Assembly (NCBI GenBank): GCA_902560315.1
Contig: CACELG010000003.1
Coordinates: 36,306 to 100,305 of the forward strand
Reading direction: 5' to 3'
DNA: 64,000 nt
Source: an uncultured SAR86 cluster bacterium
Lineage (GTDB): Bacteria; Pseudomonadota; Gammaproteobacteria; Magnimaribacterales; D2472
In this document: piece after piece, positions 30,363-40,346 of the stretch
Layout: each line of letters opens with the position of its first letter
Numbering within the stretch: position 1 is the stretch's first letter
The notes under the pieces: model-generated
What the model was told of the DNA's origin: nothing
Seen by the model: only the letters and a program-made list of their open reading frames with translations
Databases searched by the model: none
Position numbers and translations under genes: made by a program

Positions 30363-31424
30363 TTAATCTGCTCTTTTATATACTTTTTTAACCCTAGACT
30401 TAACTCCAGTCATCAAATAATAAGAAATTAGATCATTTGATTTAGCTATATTTGAAATCGATAGGTCTTTTGAAAAAAACTCACACCAATCACCTAAATT
30501 ACAATCATTTATGTTTGTTACATCTATTGTAGTTAAATCCATACTGACTCTTCCAAAAACTTTTGCTTTTTGGCCGTTTATTAATACATCAGTGCCATCT
30601 TTTATATTTAAAGGTAATCCATCAGCATAACCAAAATAAACGGTAGCAATTAGCATATCTTTTTCAGCAATAGCTCTTCCATCATAACCAACTCTTTCGT
30701 CTTTCTTTATCTTTCTTAAATTTACAACTGGCGATCTAAGTGTCATTGCAGTTTGGATTTGATTGTCTTTAAAATAACCGCCATACATTCCTATTCCACA
30801 TCTTACCCAATCATATAATTTATCTGGAAAATTCATAATACATCCAGTATTTGCAATACTTTTATCTACATCTTTATGCATCTTATTGGATAAATCTTGG
30901 AATAACTTAAATTGATTCTGATTTGAAATAGAATCTTTATCATTTGAAGCTGCTAGGTGAGTCATTAGGGTAAATCTTTTATTACTAAGATACTTATTAT
31001 AAATGTCAAGAAAATCATTTATTTCAAACCCCAGTCTATTCATACCAGTGTTAATCTTTAACCATAAATTATCAAAGGTATTATTTTTTTTAACTATTTG
31101 AAATTGGTCTTTATTATGAACAACCATATCAAGATTTAGATCCTTTGCCTCAAGGAATTCATCATGAGAATATATTCCCTGCATTAATAAAATTTTCTTA
31201 TTAGATAAACTTCTAATTTTTCTTGCCTCATCAATCCTTACAACGCCATATCCATCTGTAAGGTCGTCAATATCTCCCGTAACTTCTTCTAGATTATGAC
31301 CGTAGGCATCAGACTTTATGACTGCCATAAATTTTGATTTATTTTCAAGCTTATTTTTTATATAAGAAATGTTTGTCCTTAAAACATTTCCATCAATAAT
31401 TAATTCTGAATTAATTGCTGTCAT
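30363..31424 (-). CDS. alr: Alanine racemase
   Basis: AVIKSDAYGH, TGMNRLG, GYADG, GRVSMD. Confidence 0.95.
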   Translation of the reverse strand: MTAINSELIIDGNVLRTNISYIKNKLENKSKFMAVIKSDAYGHNLEEVTGDIDDLTDGYGVVRIDEARKIRSLSNKKILLMQGIYSHDEFLEAKDLNLDMVVHNKDQFQIVKKNNTFDNLWLKINTGMNRLGFEINDFLDIYNKYLSNKRFTLMTHLAASNDKDSISNQNQFKLFQDLSNKMHKDVDKSIANTGCIMNFPDKLYDWVRCGIGMYGGYFKDNQIQTAMTLRSPVVNLRKIKKDERVGYDGRAIAEKDMLIATVYFGYADGLPLNIKDGTDVLINGQKAKVFGRVSMDLTTIDVTNINDCNLGDWCEFFSKDLSISNIAKSNDLISYYLMTGVKSRVKKVYKRAD

Positions 31425-32791
31425 TCAAAAGATTCGTAAAAACCATCAGACGTAAAGTTTTCAAATCTAGTAAATTCTTTTAGGAATGTAAGATTTACAG
31501 TTCCTATGGGTCCATTTCTTTGTTTACCAATTATAATTTCTGCTTTATTTCCTTGCTCAGAGTCTTCGTTATAAACCTCATCCCTATAAATAAATAAAAT
31601 TACATCTGCGTCTTGTTCTATTGCACCAGAATCTCTTAAATCTGCCATAATTGGCCTTTTATTAGGCCTTTGTTCAACTGCTCTATTAAGTTGTGAAAGC
31701 GCAATTACAGGTACATTAAGTTCTTTTGCTAATGATTTCAATGATCTTGATATTTCTGATATTTGATTAACTCTATTTTCTGTTGAAAGAGGTAGTTGCA
31801 TCAACTGAAGATAGTCAACAACAATAAGAGATAATCCATCTTTTTCAGTTCGAGCCAACCTTCTAGCTTTAGCTCTTAATTCCATTGGCGATAATAATGA
31901 GCTGTCATCAATCCATAATGGCATATTTTTTAGTTTTTCACTTTGTTGTAACAATATTCTTAGCTCATCATCTTTAAGCATTCCAGATCTTACATTTTGT
32001 TGGTTTAATTTTGTCATTCCAGAAAGCATTCTAGTAGTTAGAGATTCTCCTGGCATTTCAAGGCTGAAAATTAAAACTGCGCCATTTGATTCCTCATCAA
32101 GTAAAACATTCTCAGCAATGTTCATTGCTAAAGATGTCTTACCCATACTTGGTCTTCCAGCAACTACAACTAAATCACCTCTCTGGAGACCTTGAAGTTT
32201 ATTATCTAAGTCTTTGAAGCCTGACGATGAACCGATCAAACCCCCAGATTTATTTGATAGTTCGTGGAGTCTATCCATAGTGGATGGAATTAATTCTCGC
32301 ATTGACTGCAAGTTTTGATCATTTTTATTAGTTTCATCATTTAAGGCAAAAATCATACTTTCAGCTTTATCTAATAAAGAAGCACCATCTTGTCCTTGAG
32401 GATTTGTAATTAACTCTGATATTTCTGAATTTGCTTTCATCAATTTTCTTGTAATTGACCTTTGTCTAATTATTTCAGCATATGCTTCTAAGTTTGCTGC
32501 AGATGGAGTTGATGTTGCTAACTCAACTAGATAGTCCTTGCCACCTACTTTATTTAAAGAATTCTTATTATCAAGCTTTTCAGATACCGTCAAAGGGTCA
32601 AGTGGTTTGTTTTCTTCCACTAATTCTGACATTGATTGGAAAATTATTTGATGATCTTTGCCATCAAAATCATTCTCTTTAATCACTTGTATTACAGTGT
32701 CGAATCGGTGAGTTTCAAGCATTAGCCCACCTAAAACTGCTCTCTCTGCTTCCCGAGCTTGTTCGTTTTGATTGATATTTATATCTGACAT
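31421..32791 (-). CDS. dnaB: Replicative helicase DnaB
   Basis: GRPSMGKT, DYLQLM, DLRDSGAIEQDAD, KQRNGP; no intein. Confidence 0.99.
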   Translation of the reverse strand: MSDININQNEQAREAERAVLGGLMLETHRFDTVIQVIKENDFDGKDHQIIFQSMSELVEENKPLDPLTVSEKLDNKNSLNKVGGKDYLVELATSTPSAANLEAYAEIIRQRSITRKLMKANSEISELITNPQGQDGASLLDKAESMIFALNDETNKNDQNLQSMRELIPSTMDRLHELSNKSGGLIGSSSGFKDLDNKLQGLQRGDLVVVAGRPSMGKTSLAMNIAENVLLDEESNGAVLIFSLEMPGESLTTRMLSGMTKLNQQNVRSGMLKDDELRILLQQSEKLKNMPLWIDDSSLLSPMELRAKARRLARTEKDGLSLIVVDYLQLMQLPLSTENRVNQISEISRSLKSLAKELNVPVIALSQLNRAVEQRPNKRPIMADLRDSGAIEQDADVILFIYRDEVYNEDSEQGNKAEIIIGKQRNGPIGTVNLTFLKEFTRFENFTSDGFYESFE

Positions 32792-32829
32792 TGGAATATG
32801 ATTTTTACATCATATTTCAAAATATACAA

Positions 32830-33276
32830 CTACTCTGGTGATACTTTTACTAAAACTTCCACACTTACTTCTGGATGGACACTTATCGAAATATTATGAT
32901 CACCCGTTTCTTTAATAGGACCTTCTGGAAGTTGAACTTCACTTTTATCTATTTGGACACTCATACTTGAAAATGCTTCTGAGATTTCTCTTGTCCCAAC
33001 AGATCCATACAAGGCCCCTTCTTCAGTAACAGGAACTAAAATTTCACATTGAGAACCTTCAATATCCTTGCCTCTAGCTTGTGCATTTATAAGTATGTCC
33101 TCTGATATTGCAGCCAATTCATCCTTTCTAGCTTCAACTTCGGAAATATTCTTTTCACTTGCAAAGGCTGCTTTTTTTTGAGGAATTAAGAAATTTCTAG
33201 CATAACCGCTATTAACCTCGACAACGTCACCAATCTCACCAAGTCTTTGTATCTTGTCTAATAAAATAATTTTCAT
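32830..33276 (-). CDS. rplI: Ribosomal protein bL9
   Basis: LG..GD.V.V..GYARNFLIP, LYGSV. Confidence 0.97.
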   Translation of the reverse strand: MKIILLDKIQRLGEIGDVVEVNSGYARNFLIPQKKAAFASEKNISEVEARKDELAAISEDILINAQARGKDIEGSQCEILVPVTEEGALYGSVGTREISEAFSSMSVQIDKSEVQLPEGPIKETGDHNISISVHPEVSVEVLVKVSPE

Positions 33277-33279
33277 GAT

Positions 33280-33474
33280 TTAATTATGCATATCTGTGTA
33301 TGGTATCAATGCTAAAAATCTTGCAATTTTTATATACCTTGTTAATTTTCTTTGATTTGATGCTGATACACCAGTAACTCTAGCAGGAATAATTTTTCCA
33401 GTTTCTGTGATAAATTCTTTAAGAAGATTAACATCTTTATAGTCAAACTTTTTAGGTAACTCATATTTACTCAT
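33280..33474 (-). CDS. rpsR: Ribosomal protein bS18 (short, Cys-free)
   Basis: [35 protein letters not shown]. Confidence 0.96.
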   Translation of the reverse strand: MSKYELPKKFDYKDVNLLKEFITETGKIIPARVTGVSASNQRKLTRYIKIARFLALIPYTDMHN

Positions 33475-33976
33475 CTTTTTCTTCCTCTTTGCTTTCTTCT
33501 TTGGTTATTTCATCAGAATTTTCTTGTTCTTCTTCTTTGTTGTCTTTACTAGATTTTTCCTCATCAGTAGTTTCTTCTTTTTTTGTCTTTTTAATATTAC
33601 TTTCTTTTTTTTCATCACCCTTTTCTTTGATATCTTCAGAGTCTGATTTCTTGTTTTTGGAGTCTATTAATAATTGAGAATCTTCACCGGAATGCTCTTT
33701 AACTGAAATAAAAAGATGTCTAATTATAGATTCGTTATATTTAATCTTATTCTCTATATCTATTAACTGCAATGAGTCTCCCTCAATATTAAATATTAAA
33801 TAATGTCCTTTATTATGATTATTAATTGAATATGAAAGCTGTCTTCTTCCTATATCTTCCATCTTATTAATACTAAAGGAATGTTGTTTAAGAAGTTTTT
33901 CGAATTCTTTTATAAAAGTTTCTACCTTAGAAGAAAGGTTAGGATTTAAAATAATTACTGTTTCGTATTTTTTCAT
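33467..33976 (-). CDS. rpsF: Ribosomal protein bS6 with long charged C-terminal tail
   Basis: [25 protein letters not shown]. Start moved to ATG 33976 (SD TAAGGA). Confidence 0.95.
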   Translation of the reverse strand: MKKYETVIILNPNLSSKVETFIKEFEKLLKQHSFSINKMEDIGRRQLSYSINNHNKGHYLIFNIEGDSLQLIDIENKIKYNESIIRHLFISVKEHSGEDSQLLIDSKNKKSDSEDIKEKGDEKKESNIKKTKKEETTDEEKSSKDNKEEEQENSDEITKEESKEEEKDE

Positions 33977-34022
33977 ATTTTCCTTATGGTTATAGATTTT
34001 TACAAGAGTAAAAACCAAGGAA
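33977..34022 (-). ncRNA. S6:S18-responsive ribosomal leader (cis-regulatory RNA)
   Basis: TTCCTTG-GTTTTTAC-TCTT-GTAAAAAT-CTATAACCA-TAAGGAA: an SD-sequestering lower stem, an upper stem, and an internal loop ending in CCR. The -10 TAGAAT is at 34033-34028. Confidence 0.8.
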
Positions 34023-34052
34023 TGTGCATTCTAAATGAAATTATTTTTATAA

Positions 34053-35279
34053 TCAATACTCGCTTTTAACGATACGTAAAAGCTTTGAAAACAATCCTAT
34101 ATTTTGCTCTGAGAGCATTTCGTGGTTAATTTGTTTATTGCCATGTTCAATTAAACCTATTGAAGTTGAGTATATTGGGTTCTGTAAAATTGTTTCCATT
34201 CCATTAAATTTTGAAGGAATCCCTAATCTAACAGAAGTTTGAAAGACAGATTCTGCTAGTTCAACAACTCCTTCCATCTTTGATGTTCCTCCTGTAAAAA
34301 CAATTCCAGCTGAAATCTTATCTTCAAATCCATTTCTAGATATTTCAGCTTTTATTAATTCAAATAACTCTGAGTATCTTGGTTGAATAATATCTGCTAG
34401 TGAAGTTCTAGATAACTCTCTAGGAGGTCTTCCGCCTACTCCAAGAACTTCAACAGTTTCATCATCTTTTGTAAATTCTGTAACCGCACATCCATGTTTT
34501 TGTTTTATATCTTCAGCTTGAGGTGTTGGTGTTCGCAAAGCTTGGGCAATATCGCTTGTTACTTGATCACCTGCTATTGGAATTACTCCAGTAAATACTA
34601 TTGAGCCAGAATTGAATATGGCAATATCTGTAGTTCCACCTCCAATGTCTACAAGACATACTCCTAAGTCTTTTTCATCTTCAGACAAGATTGAGTGAGA
34701 ACTAGCTAGTTGTTCTAAAACAAACCCATCTACACTCAGACCACAATTTTTAATACATTTCTCGATATTCTTTATAGCACTGCTTGCACAAGTAACTAAA
34801 TGTACTTTTGCTTCTAGCCTTACACCAGACATTCCAAGAGGATCTAAGCTTACTTCCTGATCATCTATAACAAAAGATTGGGGAAGAACATGCAAGACTC
34901 TTTGATCTGATGGTATTGAAACAGCTTGAGCAGATTCAATAACTCTATCAATATCAAAAGAGGATACTTCATTTTCTTTAATACCAACTGCTCCCTGAGA
35001 ATTTAAACTTTTTATATGATTTCCAGCAATCCCAACAAACACAGAGGTAATTTTTTCTTCAATCATAGATTGAGCTTGTTCAACAGCTTTTTTTATTGCA
35101 TCAGTTGTTGCGTCAATATTTACAACCACGCCTTTTTTTAATCCACTTGACGGATAAGCTCCTAATGCAATTATTTCTAATTTTGAATCATCATTATATT
35201 TCCCAACGATGCAAACTACCTTAGATGTTCCAATATCTAACCCAACAATCATATTTGAATTTTTAGTATTACTTGCCAT
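34053..35279 (-). CDS. ftsA: Cell division protein FtsA
   Basis: VGLDIGTSK, DIGGGTTD, TGGTS. Confidence 0.98.
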   Translation of the reverse strand: MASNTKNSNMIVGLDIGTSKVVCIVGKYNDDSKLEIIALGAYPSSGLKKGVVVNIDATTDAIKKAVEQAQSMIEEKITSVFVGIAGNHIKSLNSQGAVGIKENEVSSFDIDRVIESAQAVSIPSDQRVLHVLPQSFVIDDQEVSLDPLGMSGVRLEAKVHLVTCASSAIKNIEKCIKNCGLSVDGFVLEQLASSHSILSEDEKDLGVCLVDIGGGTTDIAIFNSGSIVFTGVIPIAGDQVTSDIAQALRTPTPQAEDIKQKHGCAVTEFTKDDETVEVLGVGGRPPRELSRTSLADIIQPRYSELFELIKAEISRNGFEDKISAGIVFTGGTSKMEGVVELAESVFQTSVRLGIPSKFNGMETILQNPIYSTSIGLIEHGNKQINHEMLSEQNIGLFSKLLRIVKSEY

Positions 35280-35898
35280 AATTTAAAGCAACTCCATCTT
35301 TATATCTCATATCTATGATACTAGGTATTTTTCCAATATCTAATAAATAATTAGAAGTATCTTTAAAATTTTTAAACCTCTTTTCAGATAAATCATGACC
35401 AAATCTAATTAATGTTTTATCAGAAGTCACTTCCCAACCGTTTACATAACTATAATTAATATTTCGTATTATAAATTGTGTATTAGAAATGGATGATATT
35501 TCTTCAATTAATTTTAATATTTCTTCGGGTTTATCTATAGGTCCTTCAACCATAATTAAATCTCTTTTTGATGAATCATATTTAAATTGATAAAGATCTT
35601 TATCATAAAAAAATTCCTCATTAAGAACAAAAACAGGTTCTCTATTCTTAATATTCAAATATAAGTCTTTTTTAAAGGGTTTATGCGCTAAAGAATAATC
35701 CTTTATCCAATCTTGGTTTCTAATTATATTTTCTATTTCTTTTCTAGATTTAGAGTTTTTTAACTTACTTATTAATAACTGCTGAGATTTAAATTCAAAA
35801 CCTGACTCAAAAACAATATTTATTTTATATTGACTCAATAGTGTTAGTGAGAAAATTAATGGCAATATTAGTACTATTTTTTTAAAACGCAGCATCAA
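35269..35898 (-). CDS. ftsQ: Cell division protein FtsQ (short, divergent)
   Basis: TM helix, remnant POTRA (WIK), C-terminal IDMRYKDGVA; lies between ddl and ftsA. Confidence 0.85.
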   Translation of the reverse strand: MMLRFKKIVLILPLIFSLTLLSQYKINIVFESGFEFKSQQLLISKLKNSKSRKEIENIIRNQDWIKDYSLAHKPFKKDLYLNIKNREPVFVLNEEFFYDKDLYQFKYDSSKRDLIMVEGPIDKPEEILKLIEEISSISNTQFIIRNINYSYVNGWEVTSDKTLIRFGHDLSEKRFKNFKDTSNYLLDIGKIPSIIDMRYKDGVALNYGK

Positions 35899-36811
35899 TG
35901 ATCTTCTTTACCACCTCATTATAAGATAGGCCTAAAAAACTTCCTGACTTTGGAACACAGCTATGATCTGTCATTCCCGGAACTGTATTAATTTCAATTA
36001 CATAAAATTTGCCATCACTGCCTTGTATTAAATCAACTCTTGCCCATCCATCACAATTAAGTGCCTTAAATGCATCGGTTGCTGTTTTATTTATTTCAAT
36101 TAATTCATTCCTATGAAGCTTAGCCTCTTTAAGAATGGTCTCATCTGAAAGATACTTTGCATCGTAATCATAGAATTCGTTTTTTGAGATTATTTCAATT
36201 GGAGGAAAACATTCATCATCAACAATAGTTACAGTGAATTCTTTTCCTTCTATGTATTCTTCATAAATAAATCCTCTATTTGGATTTGAACATGCTTTAA
36301 TAGCATTTCTATTGCTCTCCTCATTCGTAATTTTAAAAATATCTATACTAGATCCATCTTCTTGAGGTTTTAAAAATATTGCATCAAAAGGCCTAAACTT
36401 ATCAAAATATTTAGCACTAAATTTAGCATCAGGACTATCATAAGAGGGTAATTTACTTACTTCAGACCAAAGTGGAGTATTTATATTGTTTTGTTTTAGG
36501 ATTTTTTTTGCAAGTTTCTTATTCCATGTGTTTTTACAACATTTTGAACCTGAGCCTGAATATAAAATATTTAAATCGTCTAAACATTTTTGAAGTGTGC
36601 CATCCTCTCCCTCAAAACCATGAAGAGCAATGAAAACAAAATCAAATGCTCTAAGTTCCTCTAATCCTTCAAGATCATTTATATCAATTAAATCCGCAAT
36701 ATATCCTAATTCAATAATTGATTTGTATACTCCCTCACCACTTTGAATTGAGATTTCTCTTTCAGACGAAGAACCTCCGTATAGAACAGCAATTTTATTT
36801 ATCTTTTCCAT
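35882..36811 (-). CDS. ddl: D-Ala-D-Ala ligase
   Basis: GGSSSEREIS, ALHG..GEDG, YDYDAKY, EINTVPGMT. Confidence 0.97.
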   Translation of the reverse strand: MEKINKIAVLYGGSSSEREISIQSGEGVYKSIIELGYIADLIDINDLEGLEELRAFDFVFIALHGFEGEDGTLQKCLDDLNILYSGSGSKCCKNTWNKKLAKKILKQNNINTPLWSEVSKLPSYDSPDAKFSAKYFDKFRPFDAIFLKPQEDGSSIDIFKITNEESNRNAIKACSNPNRGFIYEEYIEGKEFTVTIVDDECFPPIEIISKNEFYDYDAKYLSDETILKEAKLHRNELIEINKTATDAFKALNCDGWARVDLIQGSDGKFYVIEINTVPGMTDHSCVPKSGSFLGLSYNEVVKKIIDAAF

Positions 36812-38193
36812 TTATCTGTTATAGCCTCACAGACTTTAGACACACTTCCGGCACCTTGGGTAATTAATATATCAAACGAATGTTTCTTTTTGGCAATTAA
36901 ATTAGCTATATCGCTATGATTCTTTAAATAAGTTACGTCCTTATGCCCTTTTTGTTTAAGTGTTTCAACTATTGTCTTAGAGTTAATTCCTTTAATAGGC
37001 TTTTCACTTGCAGAATAGATATCTAATAAAATTAATGAGTCTGTTTTCTTAAGAACTTTTATAAAATCATCAAAAAGTTGTGCGGTCCTAGAAAACCTAT
37101 GTGGTTGGAAAATCATGCAAACTTTTTTATTTTTATATTCTTCTTTATAAGCCTTGATATTTGAATCAATTTCTAATGGATGATGTCCATAATCATCTAT
37201 TAAAGTTATTTTCTTCGAACCAAGCTTGATTTTATGTTTCTCATACCTTCTCCCAACACCAGTAAATTCATATATACCTTGTTTAATTGAGGTTATCGGA
37301 ATTCCTTCTTCTAAGGCAACAGCAATTGAAGCCGCTGCATTAAAAACATTGTGCTTGCCGGGTAGATTTATTTTAAATTTATGTGTTTTATTATTTTTTT
37401 TATTTACGATTTCGAATTTTTGTTTACCTTTGTAAGCTTTTATAGAGGTAATTCGATAGTCACATTTTTTTGACTCTCCAAAAGTAATTTGTGTTCTGAA
37501 TATTCTATTAGAAATCTTTTTTATATTTTTATCATCGCCATTTATGACCATATATCCATAAAAAGGTACATTCTCTGAAAAAAGAACAAAAGAATCTAAA
37601 AGGTTTTCAAAAATATTGTTGAAGTGAGCTAAATGATCATCATCTATATTTGTTAAAACTGCGACATCTGGTTGCAGATGAATAAATGATCCATCGCTTT
37701 CATCAGCCTCCGCAACAATATACTTACCCTCACCTAAATCTGAATTTTCATCTGTACTTAATATTTTTCCTCCAACAACATAGGTCGGACTTAAATTAGC
37801 CACACTCATTATTTTTGCTATTATGCTTGTTGTAGTAGTTTTGCCATGACTTCCAGCAACAGCTATGCTTTCATAGCCAATCATTAAACTTCCAAGCATT
37901 TCTGCTCTTGGTATCGTGGTTATTGAATCTTTTTTAGCTTGGATAAGTTCCGGATTATTTTTGTTTATTGCAGAAGAAACAACTAATAAATTTGCACCTT
38001 TGATATTTTTAGAAGAATGACCAATGTAAACTTTTGCTCCATCCTTACGCAGCCTTTGCAGATCATTTGAATCTGAAATATCTGAACCTGAGATCCTATA
38101 TCCTTTTTGCAACAGAACTTTTGCAATACCAATCATTCCTGCACCACCAATACCAACAAAATGAATATTCTTTACTTTTTTAAAAGGTCTCAT
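36799..38193 (-). CDS. murC: UDP-MurNAc-L-Ala ligase
   Basis: HFVGIGGAGM, GSHGKTTT, EADESD, DDYGHHP, FQPHR. Confidence 0.98.
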   Translation of the reverse strand: MRPFKKVKNIHFVGIGGAGMIGIAKVLLQKGYRISGSDISDSNDLQRLRKDGAKVYIGHSSKNIKGANLLVVSSAINKNNPELIQAKKDSITTIPRAEMLGSLMIGYESIAVAGSHGKTTTTSIIAKIMSVANLSPTYVVGGKILSTDENSDLGEGKYIVAEADESDGSFIHLQPDVAVLTNIDDDHLAHFNNIFENLLDSFVLFSENVPFYGYMVINGDDKNIKKISNRIFRTQITFGESKKCDYRITSIKAYKGKQKFEIVNKKNNKTHKFKINLPGKHNVFNAAASIAVALEEGIPITSIKQGIYEFTGVGRRYEKHKIKLGSKKITLIDDYGHHPLEIDSNIKAYKEEYKNKKVCMIFQPHRFSRTAQLFDDFIKVLKKTDSLILLDIYSASEKPIKGINSKTIVETLKQKGHKDVTYLKNHSDIANLIAKKKHSFDILITQGAGSVSKVCEAITDKWKR

Positions 38194-39236
38194 TTTTTGA
38201 AATAATCCTCTAAATGTTTGAGAATAATTTTAGACGCATTGACATGATCATTTATATGGTATTTTTTCCAATTTAAATATAATTTTTTCTCAATCACTTC
38301 TTTTAATTTGTTTATTAATTTCTCTTTGCCATCTTTCTCTTCGTGCAAAACACCCATATTCATTTTTGTAATAATTTTTGCATTTTTAACTTGATGATTA
38401 TCAATGGATGTTGCTAATGGTATTATTACAGCTCCTCTTTTAAGAGATATTATCTCTGATAGACTTAAAGCACCGGCTCTAGATATAACAAAATCTGACC
38501 ATAAAATCTCTTTCGAAGGATTATCATAAAATTTATATACCTCTGCTTGAACATTTACTGCACTATACAAACTTTTTACTTCATTAAAATAATTTTCTCC
38601 ACATTGATGTTTTATTTTTAAATTGCATGATAACTCTTTTAAAACCACTGGAATCTCTTGGTTAATAAAATTAGCTCCTTGACTTCCGCCAGTGACATAA
38701 ATTCTTATTTCGTTTTGATCATAATCATCATGACCACTATCAGTATTTATAAATGATTTCCTAATAGGATTACCAGAGACAATTGATCGTTTAATTTGCT
38801 TTATTGGAAATCCTAAAAAGTTAATTTTAGCTATCTTTGACAAAAATCTGTTAGCAGTGCCCATAATTGCATTTTGTTCATGAATGAATATTGGCAATCT
38901 TCTTATCCAAATTGCAATTCCAGCTGGTATGCAAATAAAACCTCCAAAACCAATCATTGCATCTATATTTTCTTTTTTGATAATCTTTAAAACTTTAAAA
39001 ACACCTTTTAATGTTTGAATAAGAACTTTAAACTTTTTTAATATTTTTTGTCCTCGAAAACCATCGATTAATATTGAATACTTCTTTGAATCTAATGCTT
39101 TGTATGCATTATTTTCTATTTCATTACCTATTCCCAATAAAATGATTTCGTTATCATTATTAATTAGCTCTTCTGCTATTGCTTTAGCAGGAAAAATATG
39201 ACCGCCTGTCTTGGCGGCTACAATTAAATATTTCAT
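38190..39236 (-). CDS. murG: Lipid II GlcNAc transferase MurG
   Basis: TGGHIFP, HEQN, GNPIR, GGSQGA, SRAGA, HQ..NA. Confidence 0.96.
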   Translation of the reverse strand: MKYLIVAAKTGGHIFPAKAIAEELINNDNEIILLGIGNEIENNAYKALDSKKYSILIDGFRGQKILKKFKVLIQTLKGVFKVLKIIKKENIDAMIGFGGFICIPAGIAIWIRRLPIFIHEQNAIMGTANRFLSKIAKINFLGFPIKQIKRSIVSGNPIRKSFINTDSGHDDYDQNEIRIYVTGGSQGANFINQEIPVVLKELSCNLKIKHQCGENYFNEVKSLYSAVNVQAEVYKFYDNPSKEILWSDFVISRAGALSLSEIISLKRGAVIIPLATSIDNHQVKNAKIITKMNMGVLHEEKDGKEKLINKLKEVIEKKLYLNWKKYHINDHVNASKIILKHLEDYFKK

Positions 39237-40346
39237 CTAAAGTATTTTATTTTCATTATTGATTCTAAGAACTATTCCCATCAAAGATAACATTATAATA
39301 ATACTCGTCCCTCCATAGCTGATAAAAGGAAGTGTAAGTCCTTTTGTCGGTAATAAACCAATATTTACAGCCATATTAAAAAGAGCTTGTATTGAAATTA
39401 AAAGAAAAATACCAAAAACAGTATATCCTTGAAATAATCTGCCTTTTTTAAAAGATTCAAATGATATTGATACTAAGCCAATAAAAAGCATTATGAACAA
39501 TCCAATTAAAAGTAACCCTCCAAGAATACCAAGTTCTTCAATAATAATAGCAAAAATAAAATCTGTATGAGCTTCTGGTAAAAAAAAGCTTTTTTGAAAA
39601 CTATTTCCAAGTCCAACTCCTAACCATCCACCTTGCCCAATACTAATTAAGGAGTTTGATAACTGCCATCCAGCATTTCTTACAACATCAACCGCGAAAG
39701 GATCAGTAAATGCTAAAACTCTTGCAAGTCTCATTGGTGATGTTGTTATAGCAAGATATCCCAATAATGCTATCAATAACATCAGTAAAGAGAGTTGAGA
39801 AAAAGATATGCCAGCATAAAAAAGAATTCCAACCACTAAAGCACAAACTATTGCCGTTGAACCAAGATCAGGCTGCCCCATAATTAATACAGAAATTACA
39901 AACAATAATACCAATGGTTTTAAAAAACTTCTTAAAGAATCTATTTCTGACATCCTTCTTACAGAATATCCAGAAATATATAAAATTAAGCTAAATTTAC
40001 ATATTTCTGAAGGTTGAATATTAATAGGTCCCAACCTTATCCATCTAATACTTCCATTTACGCTTGTACCAACATCAGGAATAAAAAGAGCAATTAATAA
40101 TAAGATACTCAATATCATAAATACCCAATCAGCTTTAAATAATATATCTGAGGGTAAAATTAGAAAGAAAATTAGAGAAATGATGCCAGTAGCAATAAAT
40201 AACGCCTGTCTTTGAGCAAAATGAAATGGGTTTGAAGTCATGTCATCAGCAATATAGATACTGGATGAAGTTACCATTATTAAACCCAAAACAACTAATA
40301 TCACCAGAGGAAAGATAATTAATATATCATTTTTAGTGACCTGCAT
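39237..40346 (-). CDS. ftsW: SEDS peptidoglycan polymerase FtsW
   Basis: RW..LG...IQPSE, QPDLG, LPEAHTDFIF, PTKGLTLPFISYGG. Confidence 0.97.
   Translation of the reverse strand: MQVTKNDILIIFPLVILVVLGLIMVTSSSIYIADDMTSNPFHFAQRQALFIATGIISLIFFLILPSDILFKADWVFMILSILLLIALFIPDVGTSVNGSIRWIRLGPINIQPSEICKFSLILYISGYSVRRMSEIDSLRSFLKPLVLLFVISVLIMGQPDLGSTAIVCALVVGILFYAGISFSQLSLLMLLIALLGYLAITTSPMRLARVLAFTDPFAVDVVRNAGWQLSNSLISIGQGGWLGVGLGNSFQKSFFLPEAHTDFIFAIIIEELGILGGLLLIGLFIMLFIGLVSISFESFKKGRLFQGYTVFGIFLLISIQALFNMAVNIGLLPTKGLTLPFISYGGTSIIIMLSLMGIVLRINNENKIL

Noticed and set aside
33977-34018. Extended rpsF start
   Set aside because: It runs through the S6:S18 leader RNA; the SD and homology support ATG 33976.
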